Assembly (NCBI GenBank): GCA_030650275.1
Contig: JAUSEK010000015.1
Coordinates: 67,834-131,833 of the forward strand
From: Candidatus Omnitrophota bacterium
Lineage (GTDB): Bacteria > Omnitrophota > Gorgyraeia > Zapsychrales > Fredricksoniimonadaceae
DNA: 64,000 nt
Direction of reading: 5' to 3'
The position numbers and the translations under genes are program-made. The notes beneath the pieces are model-generated. The model saw only the letters and a program-made list of their open reading frames with translations. It was not told the origin of the DNA and searched no databases. This document shows positions 42,320 through 52,257 of the stretch, piece by piece; position 1 is the stretch's first letter, and each line of letters begins with the position of its first letter.

Positions 42320-44136
42320 CCGCGGGGTCCCCCAAAAACTTGAATTATGGCATCATCGGCAACTGCACCAGCGCGGCATTGGTCAATGAGGACTGTTCCA
42401 TTGATTGGCTATGCCTGCCTTTTTTTGACTCTTCTTCCGTGTTCGCGCGTATTCTCGATGAACAAAAAGGGGGACATTTTAAAATTTGGGCAAAAGACAT
42501 TTTAAATGTTGAGCAGTCCTATCTGTATCACACTCCTATCATCAAAACAGTTTTTACGACCAAGGACGGGGTATTTGAGGTGAGGGATTATATGCCCCGT
42601 TTCAGTCCTCATATTGGACAGGTTTATTGTCCGGCCGAGATCCACCGGGATGTTCATCTGGTCCGGGGAAACCCCAAGATCATTGTTGAATTTAAACCCA
42701 GACCTAATTACGGCTTGAGCGAGGCCCAATTGACCCCGCATCCTGAATATTTAAAAGTAACGTCCGTTCAGGGCGAATACAACAGTTATTATCTTTATAC
42801 AAATTTCAACATGAATGACATCATGCAGGACAGGGAAATTGAGCTTAAAGGACCGGCTTATTTTCTTTTGTCCTATCACGAGAAAATGGACCCGGTGACC
42901 CAGGATAAAATATTGATGGAATACGAACGGACAAAAAGTTATTGGCTGGATTGGGTTTATCGGACAAAAGTTCCCGGGAAATACCAGGAGATGCTCCTGC
43001 GTTCGATCATCACGCTCAAACTGTCCATGTTCCAACGCACCGGCGCGGTCATTGCCGCGCCGACAACGTCCCTACCGGAGATCATCGGGAAAGACCGCAA
43101 CTGGGATTACCGTTATTGCTGGGTGAGGGACGCGTCCATGATCATTGATCTGTATTCCCGCATCGGACATGCCAGGACCTCGTTGAGGTATATCAATTTC
43201 ATCCTGAACCGGATGCTCGTTAAAGATTACAACATTTTAGTGGTGTACGGCATTAACGGGGAAGAGAAGCTTGAGGAAAGGACCCTGGACCATTTGAGCG
43301 GGTATGAGGGATCGCGTCCGGTGCGCGTCGGCAATGCCGCCTATAAACAGAAACAAAATGACGTGTACGGGGAGCTGATCGAGACGATCTACACTTCATT
43401 TGTCGTTGATTCCCGCAGTGACCTGTTATTGAATGAAGAAACCTGGACGGTGGTGCGTTCTTTGGTCAAAAATGTGGAAAAAATATGGAAAGAGCCGGAC
43501 AGCGGCATATGGGAACGCAGGGGATCCCTGCGGCATTTTGTCCATTCCAAGCTCATGAGCTGGGTCGCGATGGACAGGGCGGCAAAGATCGCCCAATTCA
43601 TCGGCAAGACGCGTTATGTCGCGGGATTCTTAAAGGTGGCGGAGGAGATCAAGGAGGATATTTTAAAGAATGGATGGGATGATGAGTTAAAAAGTTTTGT
43701 GATGTATTATGGCGGCAAGGAATTGGACGCTTCCAACCTCTTGATGCTTCACTATGGCTTCCTGAACAAGGACGATCCCCGCATGGTGAGCACGGTGCTT
43801 AATACGCATCAAGTGTTGACCAAGGACGGTTTTGTCCTGCGTTACAAAGCCCCTGATGAATTCGGCAAGCCGCAAAACGCCTTTATCGTGTGTACGTTTT
43901 GGATGATCAACGCGCTGTACCTGATCGGGCATGAACAGGAGGCGCGCGATATGCTGGAGAAGATCATGTCTCATGCCAACAGATTCGGGCTTTTTTCTGA
44001 AGACATAGAGACAGACACCGGACGTTTGACGGGCAATTTCCCCCAGGGGTATTCCCACCTGGCCTTTATCCAGACCATTTTTGTTCTGGAAACGCAATAT
44101 GACTGGAGCGACGCGTCCAGGAAACGGATAAAATAA
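42316..44136 (+). CDS. GH15 glycoside hydrolase (trehalase/glucoamylase-like)
   Basis: AAPTTSLPE, RNWDYRYCWVRD, PDSGIWE, GNFPQGYSH. Confidence 0.92.
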   Translation: MTAGSPKNLNYGIIGNCTSAALVNEDCSIDWLCLPFFDSSSVFARILDEQKGGHFKIWAKDILNVEQSYLYHTPIIKTVFTTKDGVFEVRDYMPRFSPHIGQVYCPAEIHRDVHLVRGNPKIIVEFKPRPNYGLSEAQLTPHPEYLKVTSVQGEYNSYYLYTNFNMNDIMQDREIELKGPAYFLLSYHEKMDPVTQDKILMEYERTKSYWLDWVYRTKVPGKYQEMLLRSIITLKLSMFQRTGAVIAAPTTSLPEIIGKDRNWDYRYCWVRDASMIIDLYSRIGHARTSLRYINFILNRMLVKDYNILVVYGINGEEKLEERTLDHLSGYEGSRPVRVGNAAYKQKQNDVYGELIETIYTSFVVDSRSDLLLNEETWTVVRSLVKNVEKIWKEPDSGIWERRGSLRHFVHSKLMSWVAMDRAAKIAQFIGKTRYVAGFLKVAEEIKEDILKNGWDDELKSFVMYYGGKELDASNLLMLHYGFLNKDDPRMVSTVLNTHQVLTKDGFVLRYKAPDEFGKPQNAFIVCTFWMINALYLIGHEQEARDMLEKIMSHANRFGLFSEDIETDTGRLTGNFPQGYSHLAFIQTIFVLETQYDWSDASRKRIK

Positions 44137-44145
44137 TACCCAGAC

Positions 44146-45219
44146 ATGGTCCTCATTTTTTCCTCCCTCTTAATTCTCGGAATCATTTCAGGCCAATTTG
44201 TTGATTTTTTTCAGGTCCGCGGGATCTTGACCTTCAGCGCGTCCGTATGCCTGGCTTATATCATGATGGATGTGGGGCGAGAATTTTCCGTTGAGAAGAG
44301 AAGTGTGGGGAGCTATGGACGGGATTCTCTGATCGCCACGGCGGCCGCGGTGCTCCCGGCGGTCCTGTGGTTTGGATATTTTGTGGTCTTTGTCAATAGC
44401 CATTGGAAGCCGGCGTTATTGTCAGGGCTTTCTTCGGCGCCCACGTCCGCCGGCGTTCTTTTCGCGATGATGACGGCGGCGGGTCTTTCCGCCGGCTGGG
44501 TCTTTAAGAAAGCGCGGGTCCTGGCTGTCCTGGATGATCTGGCGACCATCCTGTTATTAACGCCGCTTGCGATCATCATGTACGGGTTTGAATGGAAGGC
44601 GATCGCGGCGCTTATCCTGGTCGGTGTATTGTTATTCGCGTCATTCCGTTGGCAGGGCGCCATTCCATGGCCGGTCAGAACAATTTGGCTTTCTGTTTAC
44701 GCGTTTGTCTTAACGGGCATGGTTTTTCTGGTTGAGCAGGCAACGCACATTCATTTGGGAGTGCTGGTTCCGGCCTTCGTGTGGGGATGTTTACTGCGCC
44801 TGCCCGCGGATCAGAATCTTGAAGGACCGTCCCCCAGGATATCTTTGGACGCTGTCATCAAGGGAGCGTTCATGCTGTTAGTCGGGCTGACCTTTCCAAA
44901 GATCGTTGCCGGATCGGCTTCCCTGGCGCAAACGGCAGGGCATGTGCTGATCCTGACAATATTGGCGAACGTCGGGAAATTATTCCTGGTTTTTTGCTAC
45001 AAGACAGAGGCCTCTTTGAAAGAACGGATGGCTTTGGGTGTTGCGATGTTCCCCCGCGGGGAAGTGGGGGCCGCGATTTTGCTCATCGCCATCGGCTATG
45101 GCCTGGGCGGCTACGAAAACACCCTGGCCATCTTAAGCTTGGCGCTTAACCTAGTCCTGACCGGGGCGTTTATCTGGATCGTGATCCGTTTATTGAAACC
45201 TACTCGTTCTCTTTCCTGA
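44146..45219 (+). CDS. Cation/H+ antiporter family membrane protein
   Basis: Multi-TM; PTSAG, VLDDL and MFPRGEV motifs. Confidence 0.75.
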   Translation: MVLIFSSLLILGIISGQFVDFFQVRGILTFSASVCLAYIMMDVGREFSVEKRSVGSYGRDSLIATAAAVLPAVLWFGYFVVFVNSHWKPALLSGLSSAPTSAGVLFAMMTAAGLSAGWVFKKARVLAVLDDLATILLLTPLAIIMYGFEWKAIAALILVGVLLFASFRWQGAIPWPVRTIWLSVYAFVLTGMVFLVEQATHIHLGVLVPAFVWGCLLRLPADQNLEGPSPRISLDAVIKGAFMLLVGLTFPKIVAGSASLAQTAGHVLILTILANVGKLFLVFCYKTEASLKERMALGVAMFPRGEVGAAILLIAIGYGLGGYENTLAILSLALNLVLTGAFIWIVIRLLKPTRSLS

Positions 45220-45394
45220 CGTCGATCCCCATGATCTCCCCGCCGCGGACCTTGACCTTCACCACGATGGGCGCACAGCAGACCTCGCAATCCACCACCA
45301 GCCGTTGTTCGGACCCACCGGTCGTGTCCACCATAAGCGTGTTGTCCTGGCCGCAGTAAGGACACACAAAGTTTTCGTCATGTTCCAGAGGCAT
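45200..45394 (-). CDS. CPXCG-motif cysteine-rich protein
   Basis: CPYCG...VDCEVCCAPI. Confidence 0.85.
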   Translation of the reverse strand: MPLEHDENFVCPYCGQDNTLMVDTTGGSEQRLVVDCEVCCAPIVVKVKVRGGEIMGIDVRKENE

Positions 45395-45578
45395 AATTTA
45401 ATAATACTCCCGTGGCCATGGCCGCGTCAAGGAAAGGGCCCCAGATTTTATAGCTTGATTTTATACAATAAATGTGCAGAATTAATAAAAGAAGCTACCA
45501 CATACGTTTCATCCCCGCCGCTTCTGTTTAATAATCCCCGTTTTTGATAGAATTGCCACGGAAGTTAAAATAATGAAC

Positions 45579-45607
45579 TTGCAAATACAACCATATAGTT
45601 GTATACT
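45579..45607 (+). promoter_or_regulatory. higBA promoter with palindromic operator
   Basis: TTGCAA-17-TATACT overlapping the inverted repeat ATACAAC-N6-GTTGTAT. Confidence 0.75.
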
Positions 45608-45622
45608 TTAGTAGGTAGCAGA

Positions 45623-45976
45623 ATGAGTAAATTTACATGTATTTATTATCAAACCGATGCAGGGAGAAGGCCCGTTGAGGAGTTTATTGATTCTTTGCAT
45701 GAAAGAACGCAGCAAAAGTATTTTGAGGTGGTGGGGTTATTAGAGGATTATGGGAAGAGTTTACCAAAGCCGCACGCGGATTTTTTAGGCGGTGAGATTT
45801 ATGAGCTTCGGTTTGTAGGGATTGAAGGGAAAGTAAGAATTTTATATTTCTTTTATCATGGCAACAAGATCATTTTTACAAATGGTTTTGTAAAGAAACG
45901 GCAAAAGGCCCCTAAGATAGAGGTTGAATTAGCCAAAGAGAGAAGAATTCTTTATATCGGGAAGCACAATGGGTGA
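45623..45976 (+). CDS. higB: RelE/HigB (gp49-like) toxin
   Basis: GRRPVEEFI, IYELR, RILYF, NGFVKK. Confidence 0.88.
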   Translation: MSKFTCIYYQTDAGRRPVEEFIDSLHERTQQKYFEVVGLLEDYGKSLPKPHADFLGGEIYELRFVGIEGKVRILYFFYHGNKIIFTNGFVKKRQKAPKIEVELAKERRILYIGKHNG

Positions 45977-45979
45977 CAT

Positions 45980-46309
45980 ATGAAAGAAATGACCGTTAGA
46001 GAACATCTTCAGGAGAAATTGAAGAATCCTTATTTCAAGGAACTGCACGAACTTGAGCAGCAGAAGTATGCCATTGTTAAGAAAATCATTGATTATCGTA
46101 TTAAGCAGAATCTCACCCAAGCGGATCTAGCTGAGCAGATCAAAGTATCTCAACAGCATATTTCTAAGATCGAGAGCGGCGAGTTCAGCAGTGTGGCTAC
46201 GTTAGAGAAAGTGTTATTGGGGATCGGCATGACCGTCAGGATCGGGGTTGTTAAATTAAATCCCCAGATCCATAAGAAAATAACCCGGGCAATGACCCAT
46301 TCTGTTTAA
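45980..46309 (+). CDS. higA: Xre-HTH antitoxin
   Basis: LTQADLAEQIKVSQQHISKIESG, downstream of the toxin. Confidence 0.85.
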   Translation: MKEMTVREHLQEKLKNPYFKELHELEQQKYAIVKKIIDYRIKQNLTQADLAEQIKVSQQHISKIESGEFSSVATLEKVLLGIGMTVRIGVVKLNPQIHKKITRAMTHSV

Positions 46310-46323
46310 GGCGGTTTTTTGCG

Positions 46324-47772
46324 TTATGGATGGATGAGGGACATTCCTTTGACGGCGGTGATGGCCGCGTCAAGGAAGGGGCCTTGGAAGATCCCGATGC
46401 CGACGATGCCGACGATGGCAACTCCGAGGACCAGGCGCATGGGCAAGGATACGGGGATGGGGGAAGTTGTGCGAGGCGCGTCAACATAAACGCGTTTGAC
46501 GACCATCAGGTAGTAGTAGGTTGAGATTACGATATTGACCACCGCAATGAGCGCCAGCCATACCAATCCGCTGTTGACCGCCGCCATCAGTAAGGTGAAT
46601 TTCCCGAAGAATCCGGCCAATGGCGGCACGCCTGCCAACGAGACCAGCGCCAAAAGCATGGTGCAGGCCAAAATGCCTGAACGCTTGGAAAGCCCCGCGT
46701 AATCTTCAATGTCATCGCCTTTTGCGGCAATGGAAAACAGGACAATGACCAGGAACGCCGCAAGATTCGTGAACAAATACCCCAACAGATAGAAATTGAT
46801 CGCCGACGCTCCAAGGATCGTTCCCGTGGCAGCACCCATGAGAAGATAACCGGCATGGCTGATGCTGGAATAGCCCAGCAATCTTTTGATATTCGTCTGG
46901 AACATGGCCACCAGATTGCCGTAGGTCATGGTGATGGCGGAAAGAACAGCCAGCATCAAACTCAACTCCATGTGCCAGGGAGCAAAGACGCCGAAGAAAA
47001 GGCGGATGAGGACCACGAATCCTGCGGCTTTGGACCCGACGGACAACAGGGCCGTCACCGGCGTCGGGGCGCCCTGATAGACATCCGGGACCCACATATG
47101 AAAAGGAACAGCCGCGATCTTGAAACCCACAGCCGCAAAAACGAGGACCAGGCCAAACGCCATCATGGGGGTCATGGCATGGGTGGCGGCAAACACCTGG
47201 ATGGCATCAAAGCGCGTGGAGTGGGTGACGCCATAGAGAAAACTCATGCCGTAGAGGAAGAAGCCCGACGACAAAGCGCCCAGGATCAAATATTTCATGC
47301 CCGCTTCAATGGAAAGTTTATCGCTTTTCAGATAAGCGGTCATGACGTACAGGGAAATGGTGAGTATTTCGATCGCAATAAAGAGCAAAAGGAAATCCGC
47401 GGAAGACGCAACAAGGCACATTCCGATCAACGTCAGCCACAATAATAAATAGAATTCGTTGCGCCGTCCCCCTAAGGACTTGAAGTATTGCTGGGTCATG
47501 ACAAAAACGAAGACCATGGCCAGCAGGAAGAACATTTTAAAAAACCAGGCCAGGGAATCCATCACAAACATCCCGCCGAACGTTGTTCCGGCGAGATCGT
47601 GCTGGGTGAGCCAGAAGGCAATGAGGCCGGAGAGGGCGATGAAACTTGAAATGCCGAGCCAGTCCTTTTGTGTATTTTTCGGCAACAAGATGTCCATCAC
47701 CATCAGGGCCGCGATGATCAGGGCGATGAGCAACTCCAATGAAATTAAGTTCCAGTCAATGACGGGGAACAT
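46324..47772 (-). CDS. nuoN: NADH-quinone oxidoreductase subunit N
   Basis: EAGMKYLILG, FKIAAVPFHMWVPDVYQGAP, GFFGK. Confidence 0.95.
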   Translation of the reverse strand: MFPVIDWNLISLELLIALIIAALMVMDILLPKNTQKDWLGISSFIALSGLIAFWLTQHDLAGTTFGGMFVMDSLAWFFKMFFLLAMVFVFVMTQQYFKSLGGRRNEFYLLLWLTLIGMCLVASSADFLLLFIAIEILTISLYVMTAYLKSDKLSIEAGMKYLILGALSSGFFLYGMSFLYGVTHSTRFDAIQVFAATHAMTPMMAFGLVLVFAAVGFKIAAVPFHMWVPDVYQGAPTPVTALLSVGSKAAGFVVLIRLFFGVFAPWHMELSLMLAVLSAITMTYGNLVAMFQTNIKRLLGYSSISHAGYLLMGAATGTILGASAINFYLLGYLFTNLAAFLVIVLFSIAAKGDDIEDYAGLSKRSGILACTMLLALVSLAGVPPLAGFFGKFTLLMAAVNSGLVWLALIAVVNIVISTYYYLMVVKRVYVDAPRTTSPIPVSLPMRLVLGVAIVGIVGIGIFQGPFLDAAITAVKGMSLIHP

Positions 47773-47800
47773 AGCGTTCTTTCATATTTTGTCACCCTTT

Positions 47801-47889
47801 TGTCATGCCCGAATGCTTCTGTCGGGCATCCAGTGCATTAGTGTCTGGACCCCCGACTAAAACATTCGGGGGTGACAAGCGGAATGACA
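47801..47889. repeat. TGTCA-family REP-like element, copy 3
   Basis: tgtcatgcccgaatgcttctgtcgggcatccag...ggacccccgactaaaacattcgggggtgaca, between nuoM and nuoN. Confidence 0.85.
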
Positions 47890-47890
47890 T

Positions 47891-49375
47891 TCAATATTTA
47901 ATACGACTACTCTCGACAATCGCTTTTGTGCTTGAGTCAATGTGATTCAAGATCAGCGACGGAAAACATCCGGCGAGGATCAATACGGCCAATAACAGCG
48001 CAAAGGGCAATTTTGCCAGAGGTGTTTGGGCATCCAACAGTTTGGAACAACGGGGATTCAGCGGCCCTTGGAAACCGAGGCGGATGGCTTTGAGCATATA
48101 AATGGCCGTGAGCACGACGCCCAGGACAGCCAGGACGGTATATAAACGGTATTGGTCCCACGCGCCTAAGAGGATCATGATCTCCGAGACAAAATTCGCG
48201 AATCCGGGTACGCCCGCGGAGGCGAGGGCTGCCATGGCAAAACACGTGGCCACAAACGGCATCTGTTTGGCCAGGCCGCCCCATTCATCCAAATTGCGGG
48301 TCCTGGTTTGATCGGCGATAAATCCGGTCAACGCGAAGGCGAGCGCCGCCATGATGCCGTGGGCGAACATCAAAAACACCACACCGTTAATGCCGATCAC
48401 ATTAAAACAGGCCAGGCCCAGCAGGATGTAGCCCATGTGGCTGCAGCTGGAATACCCCAAAATATATTTGAGGTCCCGCTGGGTCAGGGCGACTAATCCG
48501 CAGAAAAGGATATTGACGACGGCCAGGGCGGCGATGACGGGCATCCAGGTATGGGCGGCCTCGGGCATCAATTGAATGGCGAAGCGGATAATGGCATAAG
48601 CGCCCATTTTTTTGAGCACACCGGCGTGCAGCATGCTGATGGCTGTGGGCGCTTCCGCATACCCCACCGGAGCCCAGGTATAAAAAGGCCAGAGGGTCAG
48701 CGTTACGCCAAATCCGACGACGATCAGAGGGAAGACCCAGTTTTGAACGCTGATCGGCAAAGGATTGGCTGCTAAATACTGCTGGATTTGGACCAGATCA
48801 AATGTCTGCAAGCCGGTCGCAAGATATAAGGCAATGAGCCCGATCAGGGCCAGGGTCGCGCCGGCGATCAGATAAAGGGTCAATTTCATGGCGGCGTATT
48901 CACGACGCTCGGACCCCCAAATGGCGATCATTAAAAAGACCGGGATGGCCGCGACTTCGTGGAAGAAATAGAAAAAGAAAATATCCAGGGAGAGGAAGGC
49001 GCCGTAGGTGCCGATGACTGTGATCAATAAAAGGATGTAATATTCTTTGACCCGCTCCTTGATGGAGCCGCTGACGAGGAGGGCGGCGAAAGAAACGACC
49101 CCTAAGAGCAGCAAGAGCAGGGAATTGATCCCGTCGACCCCGACATGGTATGAGATGCCGAGCGGGGCGACCCAGGGGATTTTCTGAACGAATTGAAAAC
49201 CGCCTGCCGCGTGATCGTAAGCAGCCAACACCCAAACAGATAAAAGGAAAGGCAGAAGCACGGCAGCCGTAGAGATCCTGCGGATCGAAGAGGTCTTGTC
49301 AGACCCGACCATGAAAAGCAGGCCTAAGCCCGCCAAGGGCAGTAAAAGGATCCAGGAAAGATCAGGAACCATCAT
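47891..49375 (-). CDS. nuoM: NADH-quinone oxidoreductase subunit M
   Basis: GVDGI, EAPT, LKKMGAY, YSSCSHMG, PGFANFVSE. Confidence 0.93.
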   Translation of the reverse strand: MMVPDLSWILLLPLAGLGLLFMVGSDKTSSIRRISTAAVLLPFLLSVWVLAAYDHAAGGFQFVQKIPWVAPLGISYHVGVDGINSLLLLLLGVVSFAALLVSGSIKERVKEYYILLLITVIGTYGAFLSLDIFFFYFFHEVAAIPVFLMIAIWGSERREYAAMKLTLYLIAGATLALIGLIALYLATGLQTFDLVQIQQYLAANPLPISVQNWVFPLIVVGFGVTLTLWPFYTWAPVGYAEAPTAISMLHAGVLKKMGAYAIIRFAIQLMPEAAHTWMPVIAALAVVNILFCGLVALTQRDLKYILGYSSCSHMGYILLGLACFNVIGINGVVFLMFAHGIMAALAFALTGFIADQTRTRNLDEWGGLAKQMPFVATCFAMAALASAGVPGFANFVSEIMILLGAWDQYRLYTVLAVLGVVLTAIYMLKAIRLGFQGPLNPRCSKLLDAQTPLAKLPFALLLAVLILAGCFPSLILNHIDSSTKAIVESSRIKY

Positions 49376-51237
49376 AATTGTATGACCAGCGCAAAAAACA
49401 GGGCAATGACGCCCAGAACAAAAATCAAAGCATAGAATTGGACCAGACCGGTTTGCAGATAGCGAAGGGTCCTGCCGCCGGCTTTTGCCGCAGCTGTCAG
49501 GCCATGAACTCCGAAGCCCACAATGAAAGTTTTTTCAAACCACGATAAAAGGACGGCAAAGCTTTGCTGGACGCGGTCCACATACCACCCGTAGACAACG
49601 TCAAAATAGTATTTATTTTTTAAAACAGAATAGAAGGATCCGAGTTTTGTTTCCAGCGGGTCGCGGCTGGGGTGCTTGCTGTAGATCATATACGAGAGCC
49701 CTAACCCTAACACGGCAACCAAGGAAGAGATTAAAGCGACCCTCATATTAAGTCCTTCGTGCGCTTCCTGCGGATACAGGAAGTTGGGAATACCGATAAA
49801 ACCTCCGACGACCGAAAGAATGGCTAAAAAGATCAAAGGGTAGGTCATCACCGCCGGGGACTCATGGGCGTGATCAGACGCGGCGGGCTTGCCCTGAGCA
49901 ACGTCGAAGGGCTTGCTCCAAAAGGCGGTCCAGAACAGGCGGCCCATGTAAAAAGCAGTCAACAGCGACGTGACCGTCGCCATCCAATAGAGCAGGACAT
50001 TGTGTTGTGATGCCAGGGCCAGGATCTCGTCCTTGCTCCAAAAACCGCTTAAAGGAAAGATACCGCACAAAGCGAGCGTTCCGATCATGAAGGTGACGCC
50101 GGTGATGGGCATTTTTGCCAAAAGCCCGCGCATGTTCCAGATATTCTGCTCGTGATGAAGAGCACAGAGCACGCTACCGGCACCCAAAAAGAGCAGGGCC
50201 TTGAAAAAGGCATGGGTCGTTAAATGATACATGCCTTGCATGGGGCCGGACAAGCCCAAAGCCATGACCATCAGACCCAATTGGCTAAGCGTTGAATAGG
50301 CGAGGATGCGCTTAATATCATTTTCAACAATGGCGAGGGTCGCGGCCAACAGCGCCGTGATCCCGCCGACATAGGCAATGACGGTGAGCGCCGCGGTCAA
50401 GGGCTCAAAAATAAAGAACGTGCGCGCCAACAGATAAATACCTGCCGCCACCATCGTTGCCGCGTGAATGAGCGCGCTGACGGGCGTGGGGCCCTCCATA
50501 GCATCCGGCAGCCACACGTGCAAGGGGACCTGGGCGGATTTACCGACGACACCGCAGAACAGCAGCAATGCGGCCACCATCAGCAGATGAGGGTCTAAAT
50601 GAGGAACAGCCCGGGCCAGGTCCGTAAAAACAAAACTGCGGCCGTGGCCGATATCGGAGATGCTCCACAACAAAAGGATCCCGCAGAGAAATCCAAAATC
50701 CGCAAAGCGATTGACCATGAACGCCTTGACCCCGGCATCCGCGGCAGAGGGCTTGTGATACCAGAAACCGATGAGCAGATAGGAGCTTAAGCCCACCAGT
50801 TCCCAGGAGATGAACAGTTGAATCAAGTTGTTGGCCAGGACAATGCCTGTCATGGAGAAGGCGAACAAACTCAAGAACGCGAAGAACCTGGGGCTGCCCG
50901 GGTCCTCGGCCATATAGCCCCTGGAATAGATAAAAATGGCGCTGCCCACACCGGTGACGACCAAAAGCATCATGACCGCCAGCGGATTGACGAGAAATCC
51001 GAAGTCAATGGTCAGCGTGTCAAGCCGTATCCATGTCAGGGACTGCTGGAATTCAACGGGGGGATGGGATTGGAATATTTGTGCCGCGACTAAAATCGTA
51101 CAAACAAAAGAAATGAGGATGCCGGCAATGGCTAATAATGAACTCCATGTTTTAGAACGCAGGAAAAAAAGGGTAATGAGGACACAGGCGGTTAGCGGCG
51201 CAAAATACGCTATCCAAACCAAGGACGGGTCTACCAT
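49372..51237 (-). CDS. nuoL: NADH-quinone oxidoreductase subunit L
   Basis: GKSAQVPLHVWLPDAMEGPTPVSALIHAATMV, HAFFKALLFL. Confidence 0.96.
   Translation of the reverse strand: MVDPSLVWIAYFAPLTACVLITLFFLRSKTWSSLLAIAGILISFVCTILVAAQIFQSHPPVEFQQSLTWIRLDTLTIDFGFLVNPLAVMMLLVVTGVGSAIFIYSRGYMAEDPGSPRFFAFLSLFAFSMTGIVLANNLIQLFISWELVGLSSYLLIGFWYHKPSAADAGVKAFMVNRFADFGFLCGILLLWSISDIGHGRSFVFTDLARAVPHLDPHLLMVAALLLFCGVVGKSAQVPLHVWLPDAMEGPTPVSALIHAATMVAAGIYLLARTFFIFEPLTAALTVIAYVGGITALLAATLAIVENDIKRILAYSTLSQLGLMVMALGLSGPMQGMYHLTTHAFFKALLFLGAGSVLCALHHEQNIWNMRGLLAKMPITGVTFMIGTLALCGIFPLSGFWSKDEILALASQHNVLLYWMATVTSLLTAFYMGRLFWTAFWSKPFDVAQGKPAASDHAHESPAVMTYPLIFLAILSVVGGFIGIPNFLYPQEAHEGLNMRVALISSLVAVLGLGLSYMIYSKHPSRDPLETKLGSFYSVLKNKYYFDVVYGWYVDRVQQSFAVLLSWFEKTFIVGFGVHGLTAAAKAGGRTLRYLQTGLVQFYALIFVLGVIALFFALVIQL
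49885..49916. repeat. In-frame REP-like insertion inside nuoL
   Basis: gggcttgc-cctgagcaacgtcgaa-gggcttgc; 8-bp direct repeat at 24-bp spacing; encodes KPFDVAQGKP. Confidence 0.6.
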
Positions 51238-51533
51238 TTCATTTCCTTCAATTCATCGGCCTGGATCGTGGCAAGGCGGCGGTACATCAGGACAATGATG
51301 GCAAGCCCTATGGCGACTTCCGCGGCGGCGACAAGAATGACAAAAAAGACGATCAATTGTCCGGCATAATCCCCGTTGAATTTGGAAAAGGCGACAAAAA
51401 CAAGGTTTGAAGCGGCCAAAAGAAGTTCCAGGGACAAGAGGACCTTGAGCACGTTGCGGCTTGTGATGACGCCCACAATACCGACGGAGAAGACAATGCC
51501 GCTCAAGAGGAGATAGTGTCCAAGCCCGATCAT
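51231..51533 (-). CDS. nuoK: NADH-quinone oxidoreductase subunit K
   Basis: SLELLL, AAAEVAIGLAI. Confidence 0.95.
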   Translation of the reverse strand: MIGLGHYLLLSGIVFSVGIVGVITSRNVLKVLLSLELLLAASNLVFVAFSKFNGDYAGQLIVFFVILVAAAEVAIGLAIIVLMYRRLATIQADELKEMKW

Positions 51534-52051
51534 TGGTTCCCCGCTTCCTTGCCCGTATTGAATGCTCCCTGGGCCAATGAAACGATCCCGAAGATCGCGA
51601 TCAGCAGAAGAAGCGATGTCAATTCAAAGGGAAGCAGATAATCCGTAAAGAGGACCCTGCCGATGGTTTCAATGGTCCCGCGGACCGAAGAAGGGCCCAT
51701 GGTCTGGGCCGCGATGAAACTTTTGACGGCCAAAAAGAATGAGGAGGCGAACATGAGCCCGACAACCCCTCCAAGCAACCGAAAACGGCTTTGTTGGACC
51801 GATGTGATCGTGGCCGCGTTAAGGTTCAGGCACATGACCACAAACAGGAAGAAAACGAGGACCGCCCCCGCGTAGACCAATATCAGGATGATCCCGACAA
51901 AAAAGGCCTCTAAAAGGACAAAAAGAGAAGACAGGGCAAAGATGGCGACGACCAGGGCCAGGACATTGTAGAGGGGGTTTCGCGCCAGAATGACGGCAAG
52001 GCTTGCCAGGACCAAAACAGCCGCAAAGAGATAAAAGAAAAGGGCAGGCAT
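51530..52051 (-). CDS. nuoJ: NADH-quinone oxidoreductase subunit J
   Basis: LVYAGAVLVFFLFVVM, YLLPFELTS. Confidence 0.93.
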   Translation of the reverse strand: MPALFFYLFAAVLVLASLAVILARNPLYNVLALVVAIFALSSLFVLLEAFFVGIILILVYAGAVLVFFLFVVMCLNLNAATITSVQQSRFRLLGGVVGLMFASSFFLAVKSFIAAQTMGPSSVRGTIETIGRVLFTDYLLPFELTSLLLLIAIFGIVSLAQGAFNTGKEAGNQ

Positions 52052-52132
52052 ATGCTCAATATAGAAATAACCGTCATATTGTCAAGAATATTGTGCTATT
52101 GTTGTATTTTTTCAGCGGATAGAGAGAAAATT

Positions 52133-52196
52133 TGTCATTCCCGAAAGTTTCTGTCGGGAATCCAGACAAGGAACCCCATGTATTGGATCCCTGACA
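52133..52196. repeat. TGTCA-family REP-like element, copy 4 (right arm truncated)
   Basis: tgtcattcccgaaagtttctgtcgggaatccag...tggatccctgac, after which similarity to the other copies ends. Confidence 0.7.
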
Positions 52197-52257
52197 CAAT
52201 TACAATTGCCATCAAAGGATCAGATGTTATAATGTGTGACAAAATGTGAGGAATATT

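Larger units (their letters stand above)
45418..46383. mobile_element. higBA cassette flanked by a 23-bp direct repeat of the nuoN 3' end
   Basis: atggccgcgtcaaggaaagggcc (45418-40) vs atggccgcgtcaaggaaggggcc (46361-83), 22/23 identical; AT-rich interior. Confidence 0.75.

Noticed and set aside
45441-45570. Short open stretch on the minus strand inside the higBA cassette
   Set aside because: No start codon or recognisable motif; at most an unidentifiable remnant
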